Shown here: one piece after another, positions 1-8,078 of the stretch
How positions within the stretch are numbered: position 1 is the first letter of the stretch
Layout of the letters: the number at the start of each line of letters is the position of its first letter
Assembly: GCA_964436305.1 (NCBI GenBank)
Contig: CAYTCI010000005.1
Coordinates: forward strand, 14,629 to 78,628
Length of the DNA: 64,000 nt
Direction of reading: 5' to 3'
DNA from: an uncultured Cytophagia bacterium
Lineage (GTDB): Bacteria > Zhuqueibacterota > Zhuqueibacteria > Residuimicrobiales > Residuimicrobiaceae
Made by a program: the position numbers and the translations under genes
Notes under the pieces: generated by a model
What the model was told of the DNA's origin: nothing
Seen by the model: the letters and a program-made list of their open reading frames with translations, nothing else
The model's database searches: none

Positions 1-149
1 AGCCAGGCCGGCAATGAGATGCCGAGAGCGAGATCCAGATGGCGCACCTGCAGAGCGATCCAGACCCAAAGCGCGACAAATGCTGTGGCCAGAAGCGCTC
101 CCCTCAAAGCGACAAAACGGCTTTGGCTGCTCATGCCAACCCTCCCGGT

Positions 150-2378
150 TCAGATATTGACTTCCCCCTGCAAGCGGATATCCCCCGCCGAGGCGCCCAC
201 CAGCAGATCGAGACGGCCGTGCTCGAGGGCCCACGCCCGCGCAGCCTCATCCCAATAACGCAATGCCTGGAGGGGCACTGCAAGGGTCACCTGCCGGCTC
301 TCCCCTGCTGCAAGGGCCACCCGTGCAAAGGCCTTCAACTCCTTGTTGGGCCACTCCACTTTGGCATCGCAGCGGTGGACGTAAAGCTGCGCGACCTCCT
401 CGGCCGCCATCCTTCCCTGGTTGCGCAGGATGAAGGTGACCTTGAGGGTGTCGTTGGCGCCATGCCTGATTCGGTCGGTCTTGAGGCCGGAGTAGCCGAA
501 GGCGACATAAGAGAGTCCGTGGCCGAAGGGGTACATCACCGGAATCTTCCGGGTGTCATACCAGCGGTAGCCCACCAGCGACTCCTCCGAGTAGGGGGCA
601 TCCGGCCCCACGCTCCGGGGCATGAAACCCGTCCCTTTGGGCGCCTGCTGCGGATAATTGCCCAGGGCGAAGGCGGGGGCATCCTCCAGTCGCAGCGGCC
701 AGGTCATCGGCAGTTTGCCGGAGGGGGCGATGGTACCGAGGAGGATATCCGCCAGGGCATGTCCGCCCTCAGAACCGTTCCACCAGGCCTGGACGATCGC
801 CGGGGAGAGGGCCTCGACGACGCGCAAATCGACCGGGCCGCCGGAGACGATGATCGTGACCAGCCGGGGATTGGCCGCGGCCAGAGCCCGGGCGATCTCA
901 TCCTGACCGGAGGGCAGACGGATGGAGCTGCGGTCGCGGCTCTCGGTCTCGATCCACTTGTTGGTGCCGGCGAAGAAAAGGACGAGGTCCGCACTGTGCG
1001 CCAGCGCAACCGCCTCCGCCAGCCGTTCCGCATCAGGCCCCTGGCCGACGCTGTCGGGAGTATCCTGGGTGAGTTTTTGGCCCATGGCCGTGATGGCATA
1101 GCTTCGGTAGCCCCGGGCATAGAGCACCTCGGCGCGGCCGTCGATGCGCTCCTGCAGCCCCTGCAGCGGCGTGATCTCGTAGAGCGCCTTGACACCGGCG
1201 CCCCAGCCGCCCAGGGCGGTCTTGAGCACCGCGTTCTCGCCGATCACCGCGATCTTTTTAACCCGGCTGAGGTCGATCGGCAGCAGATCGCCGCGGTTTT
1301 TCAACAACACCACCGAGCGTGCTGCGATCTCCCAGGCGGTTTTTTGCCCCTCCGGCTGCGAGGTCATCACGGTATTGGCCTGCTCCGCCGGCACCGGCGC
1401 CACCGCCAGGCGGACGCGCAGCACATGCCGCACCATCCCGTCGACCACCGCCATCGGCACCGCGCCGCTTTTTACCGAGTCGATCAGGGCCTGATCGAAG
1501 AAGCCGCGTCCCCAACCGCCGCCGCTGCCGGGCATCTCAACATCGAGGCCATGACGCGCCGCCTGGACGGTGCTGTGGGTGCCGCCCCAGTCTGAGACGA
1601 CCATCCCCTGAAATCCCCAATCCTTGCGCAGCACCTCCTGCAGCAGGAAAGCATTCTCCGAACACCACCATCCGTTGGCGGCGTTGTAGGCCGCCATGAT
1701 GCCGAGGGCGCCGCCCTCGCGCACCGTCGCTTCGAAGGGCTTGAGGTAGATCTCGCGCAGTGCGCGTGCGCCGATAAGCACGTTGACGCTGCCGCGCAGG
1801 AGCTCCTGGTTGTTGAGGGCGTAGTGTTTGAGGCAGACCGCGATGCCAGCCGACTGGGCACCGCGTGTATAGGCGGCTGCCAGCGCAGCACTGAGGCAGG
1901 GATCCTCGCTGAGATACTCGTAGGTGCGGCCGCCGACCGGCAGCCGCTGGATGTTGATCGCAGGCCCGAGCAGCATATCCTTGCCGCGCAGGCGGGCCTC
2001 CCGGCCGATCGCGGCGCCGCAGCGGCGGGCGTACTCCGGCGACCAGACCGCCGCCAGCGCCGATCCGGTCGGAAAGTAGGTGGCGGAATCGAGCGTCCAC
2101 CCTGCCGACTCAAAGGCGTGCGGCTTGAGTTCCTGGGTGATGCCAAAGGGACAGTCGGCGTATTTCATCTCGGTAATGCCGAGCCGCGACACACCCGCCG
2201 AAGACATCAGGGTGGCGCCGTGCAGCATAGCGACCTTCTCCTCGAGGCCCATGGCGGCGAGCAGGGTGTCGATGCGGGCGTCAAAGCGCTCGAGCCGCGC
2301 CTGGGCCCTCAGTGGCGATGCCGCCGAGAGGAGCGCGACGACGCAGAACAGGGTGAACGTCTTGCTGATATGAGGCAT
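150..2378 (-). CDS. Glycoside hydrolase family 3 beta-glucosidase, secreted
   Basis: Translation has GH3 hallmarks KHYALNNQE and GMVVSDWGG (nucleophile Asp region) and is about 740 aa. I moved the start to the internal ATG at 2378 (MPHISKTFTLFCVVALLSAASPLRAQA), which gives a clean signal peptide and removes the overlap with the next gene. Confidence 0.85.
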   Translation of the reverse strand: MPHISKTFTLFCVVALLSAASPLRAQARLERFDARIDTLLAAMGLEEKVAMLHGATLMSSAGVSRLGITEMKYADCPFGITQELKPHAFESAGWTLDSATYFPTGSALAAVWSPEYARRCGAAIGREARLRGKDMLLGPAINIQRLPVGGRTYEYLSEDPCLSAALAAAYTRGAQSAGIAVCLKHYALNNQELLRGSVNVLIGARALREIYLKPFEATVREGGALGIMAAYNAANGWWCSENAFLLQEVLRKDWGFQGMVVSDWGGTHSTVQAARHGLDVEMPGSGGGWGRGFFDQALIDSVKSGAVPMAVVDGMVRHVLRVRLAVAPVPAEQANTVMTSQPEGQKTAWEIAARSVVLLKNRGDLLPIDLSRVKKIAVIGENAVLKTALGGWGAGVKALYEITPLQGLQERIDGRAEVLYARGYRSYAITAMGQKLTQDTPDSVGQGPDAERLAEAVALAHSADLVLFFAGTNKWIETESRDRSSIRLPSGQDEIARALAAANPRLVTIIVSGGPVDLRVVEALSPAIVQAWWNGSEGGHALADILLGTIAPSGKLPMTWPLRLEDAPAFALGNYPQQAPKGTGFMPRSVGPDAPYSEESLVGYRWYDTRKIPVMYPFGHGLSYVAFGYSGLKTDRIRHGANDTLKVTFILRNQGRMAAEEVAQLYVHRCDAKVEWPNKELKAFARVALAAGESRQVTLAVPLQALRYWDEAARAWALEHGRLDLLVGASAGDIRLQGEVNI

Positions 2379-2427
2379 GCGAGTCTCCCGAAACGATGGA
2401 TCCAGATCAATGAACAAAGGCATTTGG

Positions 2428-2787
2428 TCACGATTTTTGGACGAGGTCGGCTTCATCGGCATGGAATTTATGCAGGATGCGGTGGGTCACCGGGGCCAGA
2501 ATGATCCCCATCACCGCAACGAAGATGAGGCCGCTGAATAGCGCATAACCGGAAGCGAAAAGCTTGGCGCCGGCAGCTGTCAGGGGGGAGACCGGCCCCA
2601 TCCCCGAGAGGATCATCGAGGCCTCCAGCAGCGAGTCAATCCAGGAAAAGCCGGCCAGCCAGTGATAGCCGCCAATGCCGATACCCAGGGCGAAGGCGAT
2701 CAGGAGAGCGGCGATGCCGGCAGAAGCAGCCATTCTTCTCATGAAGACCGGCAAGGAAGCCAGTTGATCGGATTTGCGCTCGAACAT
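2428..2787 (-). CDS. Small integral membrane protein, unknown function (about 3 TM helices)
   Basis: 119-aa ORF with three hydrophobic stretches (AGIAALLIAFALGIGIGGY, LLEASMILSGMGPV, LFSGLIFVAVMGIILAPV). Same strand as its neighbours. No family motif recognised. Confidence 0.5.
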   Translation of the reverse strand: MFERKSDQLASLPVFMRRMAASAGIAALLIAFALGIGIGGYHWLAGFSWIDSLLEASMILSGMGPVSPLTAAGAKLFASGYALFSGLIFVAVMGIILAPVTHRILHKFHADEADLVQKS

Positions 2788-2856
2788 TTTTACCTCATTG
2801 ATGTTAAGCAGTGCCGTCGTCGTTCACGCCGCCAGTGCGAGAATCCGGCCGAAGGG

Positions 2857-3882
2857 TCATTTCTTCATCTGCTTGAGGGCCTTGTTGATGAAGCGACCGA
2901 ACTCCTTGTCCTTCCGGCGCTTTTCGACGTAGGACATCTCGTAATAGTCCGATTCCTTCTTCAGCTTTAAATAGCTGTTGTAGCGCTCCTGGCTCATCGT
3001 CCCCGCCGCTACGGCCGCCCGCACTGCGCAGCCGGGCTCCTGCACATGGCGGCAGTCCGTATAGCGGCAGCCGGCCGCCAGGCTCTGAATATCGTCGAAG
3101 CCGAGATCCATGCCCTCGCCGGCGCCGAGGAGGCCGAGCTCGCGCATGCCCGGGTTATCGATCACCATGGCGCCGTTCTCGAGGAGGATGAGCTGACGGC
3201 GGGTGGTGGCATGGGTGCCCTCACCGGTTGCGCTGACCTCCTGGGTAGCGAGGGCCTCGCGCCCGAGCAGGCGGTTGATCAGGGTGGTTTTGCCGACGCC
3301 GGAAGAGCCAAGAAGGCAGCAGATGAGGCCGGGTGTGATCAGGGCGCGGAACTCCTCGAGGCCGGCCCCGCTGGTGCTGCTGAGGGGGAGGATGCGGGCG
3401 GTGATGCCGGCCGCGCGGATGGCGTCGATCCTGTGCGCGAGTTCCTCGGGCGTGATCAGATCGGTCTTGGTGAGGAGGAGGAGCGGCTCGACCCCGCCGT
3501 CGGCGGCCATGACCAGATAACGGTCCATGCGGCGGATATTGAAATCGAAATGGAGGGACTGAACGATGAAAGCCAGATCGATATTGGCGGCGATCATCTG
3601 ATACTCCACCCGCTCGCCGGGCTTTCGACGGCGCAAAAAGGTGCGGCGCGGCAGGACACTGTGGATGATGGCGGCGGCGCCCTCGTCGTAATACTGCACC
3701 TCCACCTGATCGCCGACGCAGGGGAGTTCCTCCGGCGTGTCGGCGAGAAAATAGAATTTTCCGGCCAGCTCGGCGAGCACTTCACGCTCGCCGTTCAGGA
3801 TGCGGAAGGCTCCGCGATCAACGGCGGAGACGCGCGCTGGAGAGCGGCCCTCTGGAAGCTGGGTAGTGATTGAGTGGGTCAC
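2857..3882 (-). CDS. rsgA: Ribosome small-subunit-dependent GTPase A
   Basis: Circularly permuted GTPase: LTKTDL (G4) precedes GSSGVGKTTLINRLL (G1). C-terminal zinc knuckle CRYTDCRHVQEPGCAV. GTG start with GAGG Shine-Dalgarno 5-6 nt upstream. Confidence 0.9.
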   Translation of the reverse strand: MTHSITTQLPEGRSPARVSAVDRGAFRILNGEREVLAELAGKFYFLADTPEELPCVGDQVEVQYYDEGAAAIIHSVLPRRTFLRRRKPGERVEYQMIAANIDLAFIVQSLHFDFNIRRMDRYLVMAADGGVEPLLLLTKTDLITPEELAHRIDAIRAAGITARILPLSSTSGAGLEEFRALITPGLICCLLGSSGVGKTTLINRLLGREALATQEVSATGEGTHATTRRQLILLENGAMVIDNPGMRELGLLGAGEGMDLGFDDIQSLAAGCRYTDCRHVQEPGCAVRAAVAAGTMSQERYNSYLKLKKESDYYEMSYVEKRRKDKEFGRFINKALKQMKK

Positions 3883-3910
3883 GGATACCTCGCTGGCTTG
3901 TTACCGTTCT

Positions 3911-3939
3911 ATCTTACAAAGAAGCACGCATTAATGCAA
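3911..3939 (-). promoter_or_regulatory. Candidate sigma70-type promoter for rsgA (TTGCAT-17-TAAGAT)
   Basis: On the minus strand, TTGCAT (3939-3934), an exact 17-nt spacer, then TAAGAT (3916-3911), about 30 nt upstream of the GTG start. Sequence match only. Confidence 0.35.
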
Positions 3940-3954
3940 GGAATTCTTCGCCGC

Positions 3955-4066
3955 GCCAGGGTCGGCACCAGAGTTGGAGGAGCCAGGGTCGGCGCCAGGG
4001 TTCGGGGGAGCCAGGGTCGGCGCCAGGGTTCGGGGGAGCCAGGGTCGGCACCAGAGTTCGGGGGGA
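3955..4066. repeat. Tandem array, 4 copies of a 27-29 bp G-rich unit (consensus GCCAGGGTCGGCRCCAGRGTTCGGGGGA)
   Basis: Units read directly at 3955-3981, 3982-4009, 4010-4037 and 4038-4066. Units 2 and 3 are identical. Lies in the divergent intergenic region between rsgA and the TPR gene. Confidence 0.85.
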
Positions 4067-4208
4067 CAAGGGTTTCTGCGCTGCTGACAGGCTGTAAAAA
4101 GAATGATCCGGATCACAGAAATCGAGACTCCTCTCCGCAAAAGAGCGCTTCGATCCCTATATTACAGCAGAGTGCAACCGGGACAGTCAGCAGGGCGGGC
4201 AGGAAGGG

Positions 4209-4865
4209 ATGCGGATGATGAGGCGGAGCAGCGGTTGGGTGGTGGCCATCTGGGCGGGATTTGTGCCTGCCCTGCTGGCGCAATCCGGGAGCTGGTATTC
4301 AGAAGCCGAGGCGGAACGGCGCCTGGCGCACATCCAGGAGGTCGCCGCCTCCAGCGACGGCAAGATCGAGATCACGGTCATCCGCCTGCCGGGCGAGAAC
4401 GCCGCAACGGCGCCATCCTCCCTGGCCGAAACAGCCGAGCCCGTCGCGCCCGGCGTCCCCTGGGGCGCCGAATTCACCCCGCTGCCGAATCCGGATGCAG
4501 AATGGCAGGAGCAATTCGACCGCGCCCTCGCCCTCGAAACGGAGAAATCCTGGCGCGAGGCCCTGAAAGTCCTGCTGCACCTCTCCGATGATCATCCCGA
4601 CCACCCCCGCCGCGGCGAATGCTATTACGAGATGGGCGAGTGCCTCACCGCGCTGGGAAATTATCCCATGGCCCGGCGGGCCTTCTGCCAGGTGCTGCTA
4701 TACCCCGCCAGTACGGTTTACGACGACGCCCTGATGCGGGTCGCGGCGGCTCTCATCCGCGAAGGCCGGGCCGGCATGGCCCATCCCTACCTCGAGCGTC
4801 TGCTCGCCACCCTGCCCAACAGCGAATTCGCCCCCCTTGCCGAGGAGCTCCTCAGGACAATCTAG
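4209..4865 (+). CDS. Secreted TPR-like repeat protein (YbgF/CpoB-like C-terminal region)
   Basis: N-terminal signal-like segment WVVAIWAGFVPALLAQ. C-terminal helical repeats ECYYEMGECLTALGNYPMARRAFCQVL and DDALMRVAAALIREGRAGMAHPYLERLL resemble TPR pairs. Confidence 0.6.
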   Translation: MRMMRRSSGWVVAIWAGFVPALLAQSGSWYSEAEAERRLAHIQEVAASSDGKIEITVIRLPGENAATAPSSLAETAEPVAPGVPWGAEFTPLPNPDAEWQEQFDRALALETEKSWREALKVLLHLSDDHPDHPRRGECYYEMGECLTALGNYPMARRAFCQVLLYPASTVYDDALMRVAAALIREGRAGMAHPYLERLLATLPNSEFAPLAEELLRTI

Positions 4866-4986
4866 CCCTCCCCCAAAAAAGGCTTGAATCCCACACAAAA
4901 TTGATGTATTCTATGCGGCAGCGCGGACTCCGACCGGTGGAGCCGATGCTGCAGCCGTGAAAAAGCTCAAGCCAACGGGAGCATGC

Positions 4987-6591
4987 ATGAAAAGGATCGT
5001 AGTCGCCCTCATCCTCCTCCTCGCCCTCTTCTCGCTGGCGGGGAACCGCAAATTCACCCTCAAGAAGGTGGTCAGCCTGGAGAGCGGAAAAATCTCGGGC
5101 ACCACCTGCAAGGGCTCCTCCATCACTGTTTTCAAAGGCATCCCCTACGCCCGGCCGCCAATCGGCGCCTTGCGCTGGAAGGCTCCGCAACCGGTCGAGC
5201 CCTGGCAGGGGGTCAGGGTCTGCGACCGCTTCGGACCCAGCGCCATCCAGTCCCCGCAAGCCCCCTTAAGGATGTGGAGCGCCGAGTTCATCGTTGACAC
5301 GACTCTCGGCTACAGCGAGGATTGCCTGACCCTCAACGTCTGGAGCGACGGCCAATCCCGCGACCCCCGGCGGCCGGTGCTGGTCTTCATCCACGGCGGG
5401 GCCTTCACCTCGGGCGGCTCCTCCTGCGAGGTCTATAACGGCGAAGGTCTGGCCAAAAAGGGGCTGGTGGTGGTGACCATCAACTACCGGGTCGGCATCC
5501 TCGGCTTTCTCGCCCATCCGGCGCTCTCGGCGGAATCCGGCAAAGGCGTTTCGGGCAACTATGCCCTGCTCGACATGATCGCTGCCCTGCAGTGGGTCCG
5601 GCGCAACATCGCAGCCTTCGGCGGTGACCCGGAGAATGTCACGATCGAGGGGCAGTCCGCCGGCGCGGCCGCGGTCCATGCCCTGATCCTCTCGCCCCTG
5701 GCCAAAGGGCTCTTTCACAAAGCGATTGCCCAAAGCATCACTCCGCTTGCACTCCATCCGCAAACCCTGGCGGAGGCGGAGCAGGCGGGAGCGGCAGCGG
5801 CCGTCACCGATAAGGGCGGGACGCCCTGGGATCCGCGCGACGACCGGGTGATCGGGCCGTTTGGCAGCCTTTCGCTGGCGGAGATGCGGGCGATGCCGCC
5901 CGCTGAGCTGCTCAAGGTGGCCTGGGCCGGTGGACCGGTCGTCGACGGTTACGTACTGCCGGGCGGGGCCATGGAGGTGCTCAAGGCGGGGAAACAGAAC
6001 GACGTGCCCCTGCTGACCGGTATGGTGGAAGGCGACGCCGACCTTTTCGGCGGCTTCCCAGTCACCCTGGCACAATACCGGGACTATGCCGTGAAGCGCT
6101 TCGGCGAGCAGGCCGGCGAATTTTTGGCTCTTTATCCGGCGGCGAACGATCGGGAGGCTGCGGAACAAAACCGGGCCAGTGCAGTCGATGACAACAACGC
6201 GCAGATCCATGCCCTCGCCCGGATCCGGGCGCTGCACGGGCAGGCGCCCTCCTGGCTCTATTATTTCACCCATGTCCTGCCGGGTCCGGAGAGCGGCCAC
6301 TACGGGGCCTTCCATTCGGCCGATCTGGCCTACGGCTTTAACTATTTTACACCCCAACGGGCCGGCTACTGGAGCGCAGCAGATACGGCCCTGGGCGAGC
6401 TGATCTCCTCGCAATTCGCCTGCTTCGCCCGCAGCGGCGATCCCAACGCGCCCGGTCTGCCGGTGTGGCCGATCTTCGATGCTGGCCGGGTCTGTTTTAT
6501 GGAGTTGGCGGAGCATCCGGGGCTCTACGAGATTGCGCCCGCCAAGGTGGCGTTCTGGTCGCTCTGGTATGCCCGGGCGCTGGGCGTCTAG
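4987..6591 (+). CDS. Type-B carboxylesterase/lipase family enzyme, secreted
   Basis: VLVFIHGGAFTSGG oxyanion-hole region and GQSAGAAAV nucleophile elbow (G-x-S-x-G). Start moved to the ATG at 4987 (MKRIVVALILLLALFSLAG signal). Confidence 0.85.
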   Translation: MKRIVVALILLLALFSLAGNRKFTLKKVVSLESGKISGTTCKGSSITVFKGIPYARPPIGALRWKAPQPVEPWQGVRVCDRFGPSAIQSPQAPLRMWSAEFIVDTTLGYSEDCLTLNVWSDGQSRDPRRPVLVFIHGGAFTSGGSSCEVYNGEGLAKKGLVVVTINYRVGILGFLAHPALSAESGKGVSGNYALLDMIAALQWVRRNIAAFGGDPENVTIEGQSAGAAAVHALILSPLAKGLFHKAIAQSITPLALHPQTLAEAEQAGAAAAVTDKGGTPWDPRDDRVIGPFGSLSLAEMRAMPPAELLKVAWAGGPVVDGYVLPGGAMEVLKAGKQNDVPLLTGMVEGDADLFGGFPVTLAQYRDYAVKRFGEQAGEFLALYPAANDREAAEQNRASAVDDNNAQIHALARIRALHGQAPSWLYYFTHVLPGPESGHYGAFHSADLAYGFNYFTPQRAGYWSAADTALGELISSQFACFARSGDPNAPGLPVWPIFDAGRVCFMELAEHPGLYEIAPAKVAFWSLWYARALGV

Positions 6592-6604
6592 GTAAGCCGC
6601 CTTC

Positions 6605-6625
6605 GGGTCGGCGCCAGAGTTCGAG
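6605..6625. repeat. Solitary copy of the 3955-4066 repeat core (GGGTCGGCGCCAGAGTTCGAG)
   Basis: Matches unit 4 of the tandem array (GGGTCGGCACCAGAGTTCGGG) at 19 of 21 positions. Lies 14 nt after the carboxylesterase stop. Flanks also share a TTTC..GCGCTGC tail with the array flank. Confidence 0.6.
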
Positions 6626-6676
6626 CCGCCGGGTCGCACGAGTTTCGCACGGCGCTGCGTTTAGACAATTTTTCGC

Positions 6677-6705
6677 TTGACATGAATGGAAAAATAGAGT
6701 ATCTT
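6677..6705 (+). promoter_or_regulatory. Candidate sigma70-type promoter (TTGACA-17-TATCTT) upstream of the LacI-family gene
   Basis: Perfect -35 TTGACA at 6677-6682, 17-nt spacer, TATCTT at 6700-6705. The operator palindrome starts 8 nt downstream. Confidence 0.45.
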
Positions 6706-6712
6706 ACAGAGG

Positions 6713-6730
6713 TGTCGAAACGTTTCGACA
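6713..6730. promoter_or_regulatory. LacI/GalR-type operator, perfect 18-bp palindrome TGTCGAAACGTTTCGACA
   Basis: Perfect dyad with a central CG and AAACG/CGTTT arms, as in LacI-family operators. Sits just downstream of the -10 and 76 nt upstream of the LacI-family start. A half-site CGTTTCGA recurs at 6799-6806, overlapping the ATG. Confidence 0.7.
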
Positions 6731-6805
6731 TATCACCATTACAGCGAGGCACCGACAAGATGTAATTTATTGATATTTGACGAATAAATAAAGAAAATCG
6801 TTTCG

Positions 6806-7810
6806 ATGAACGTGACCATTCGTGATGTCGCCCGGACGGCCGGGGTCGCGGTTTCCACCGTCTCCCTGGTCCTCAACCGCAAGGGCCGTGTCAGCCGCGA
6901 AACCGAGCGCAAGGTGCTCGATGCCATCGAAAAACTCCACTACCACCCGCAGCGCTCCGCACGCGGCCTCGTCACCCACCACAGCGGCAACCTCGGCTTC
7001 ATCCTCAGCACCGACCACTTTTCCAACGCCGAACCCTTTTACACCAAGATCTTCCTCGGCACCGAATTCGAAGCCCGCTCCCACGATTATTATGTCCTCC
7101 TGACCACCATCGAACAACAGTTTTCCGAAAAGCAGATCCCGCGATTTTTGCTGGAAAAGAATGTCGACGGCGTCATCCTCGCCGGCACCGTGCCCGGTAA
7201 AATCCTCGAGACCATCCGGGAGAGGGATCTCCCCTGCGTGCTGATCGATTATTATCCCCCCGTGGGCAATTATTCCTCGGTGCTGATCGACAATGCCGAC
7301 GGCATCCGCCAGGCCGTGACCCATCTCATCGGCAAGGGCCATCGCGACCTGCTCTTCGTCGGCGGCGATTTCCAGCATCCGGGCATGCGCGAGCGCCGGG
7401 AGGCCTTTTGCCGGACCATGGCCGATCATGGCCTTGCTGCCGGGGCGGAGCGTCTCTTCGCCGACGCCCTCCTCAGCGGCGCGCAGGAGGGGTTCGAGGC
7501 CGCGGTTCAGGCCCTCGAGAGCGGCATCAAGGCGACCGCCTTTGTTGCGGCCAACGATGCCCTCGCCAGCGGCATCCTGCGCGCCTGCCGCGACCGCAAG
7601 CTGCGCATCCCCGAGGATATCGCGATCACCGGCTTTGATGATGTCGAGACCGCCATCACCGCCCGACCGACCCTGACCACCCTGCATGTTCCCAAGGAGG
7701 AGATGGGCGCCCTGGCGGTACGTTTGCTCGTCCAGCTGATCGCCGGAACGGCATCCCCCGGCACCAAAATCGTCGTGCCGGTCCGGTTGGTCTGCCGGGA
7801 ATCGACCTGA
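6806..7810 (+). CDS. LacI-family transcriptional regulator
   Basis: N-terminal HTH MNVTIRDVARTAGVAVSTVSLVLN. The periplasmic-binding-fold remainder includes the AFVAANDALASGILRAC and ITGFDD motifs typical of the family. Confidence 0.9.
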   Translation: MNVTIRDVARTAGVAVSTVSLVLNRKGRVSRETERKVLDAIEKLHYHPQRSARGLVTHHSGNLGFILSTDHFSNAEPFYTKIFLGTEFEARSHDYYVLLTTIEQQFSEKQIPRFLLEKNVDGVILAGTVPGKILETIRERDLPCVLIDYYPPVGNYSSVLIDNADGIRQAVTHLIGKGHRDLLFVGGDFQHPGMRERREAFCRTMADHGLAAGAERLFADALLSGAQEGFEAAVQALESGIKATAFVAANDALASGILRACRDRKLRIPEDIAITGFDDVETAITARPTLTTLHVPKEEMGALAVRLLVQLIAGTASPGTKIVVPVRLVCREST

Positions 7811-8078
7811 CCGGCGGGCGGCGGCATCCGGAGCGCAGGTCGAGCCGGAGCAACCACGCCGCCGGTCCTTTGAATTATGCCATCGGGTGTAAAGACCCTG
7901 CAAGACGCAACGATAACCAACGAGAGGAGGTGAGACGGCCGGTATTCCGCCCGCAAGACGGAGTCAGGCCGGCAGTCCCGTATTTCCTGCACATCTGAAT
8001 TCATCCCTGCAACGGGCTCGCCTGGCTGGTTTAATGTATGCATTTGCTGCTTACCCTAATCAACCTGGAGGAGTAACC

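Noticed and set aside
39-1595. 518-aa plus-strand ORF antisense to the GH3 gene, plus nested ORFs at 704-2146
   Set aside because: No motifs and skewed composition. The minus strand has clear GH3 signatures.
3955-4066. Possible CRISPR array
   Set aside because: The repeats are directly abutting with no spacers, there are only four units, and no cas genes are in the window.
3870-4218. ORFs translating the tandem repeat as RVGTRVGGARVGARV / GSAPGFGG strings
   Set aside because: The periodic low-complexity peptides derive purely from the 27-29 bp DNA repeat. They have no SD, and frames on both strands are equally open. I treat the region as non-coding repeat DNA.
7809-7867. Inverted repeat GACCGGCGG ... 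CCGCCGGTC straddling the LacI stop as a terminator
   Set aside because: The 9-bp arms are separated by a 41-nt loop and followed by only CTTTG. This is too weak to call, and such GC-rich 9-mers can pair by chance in this genome.
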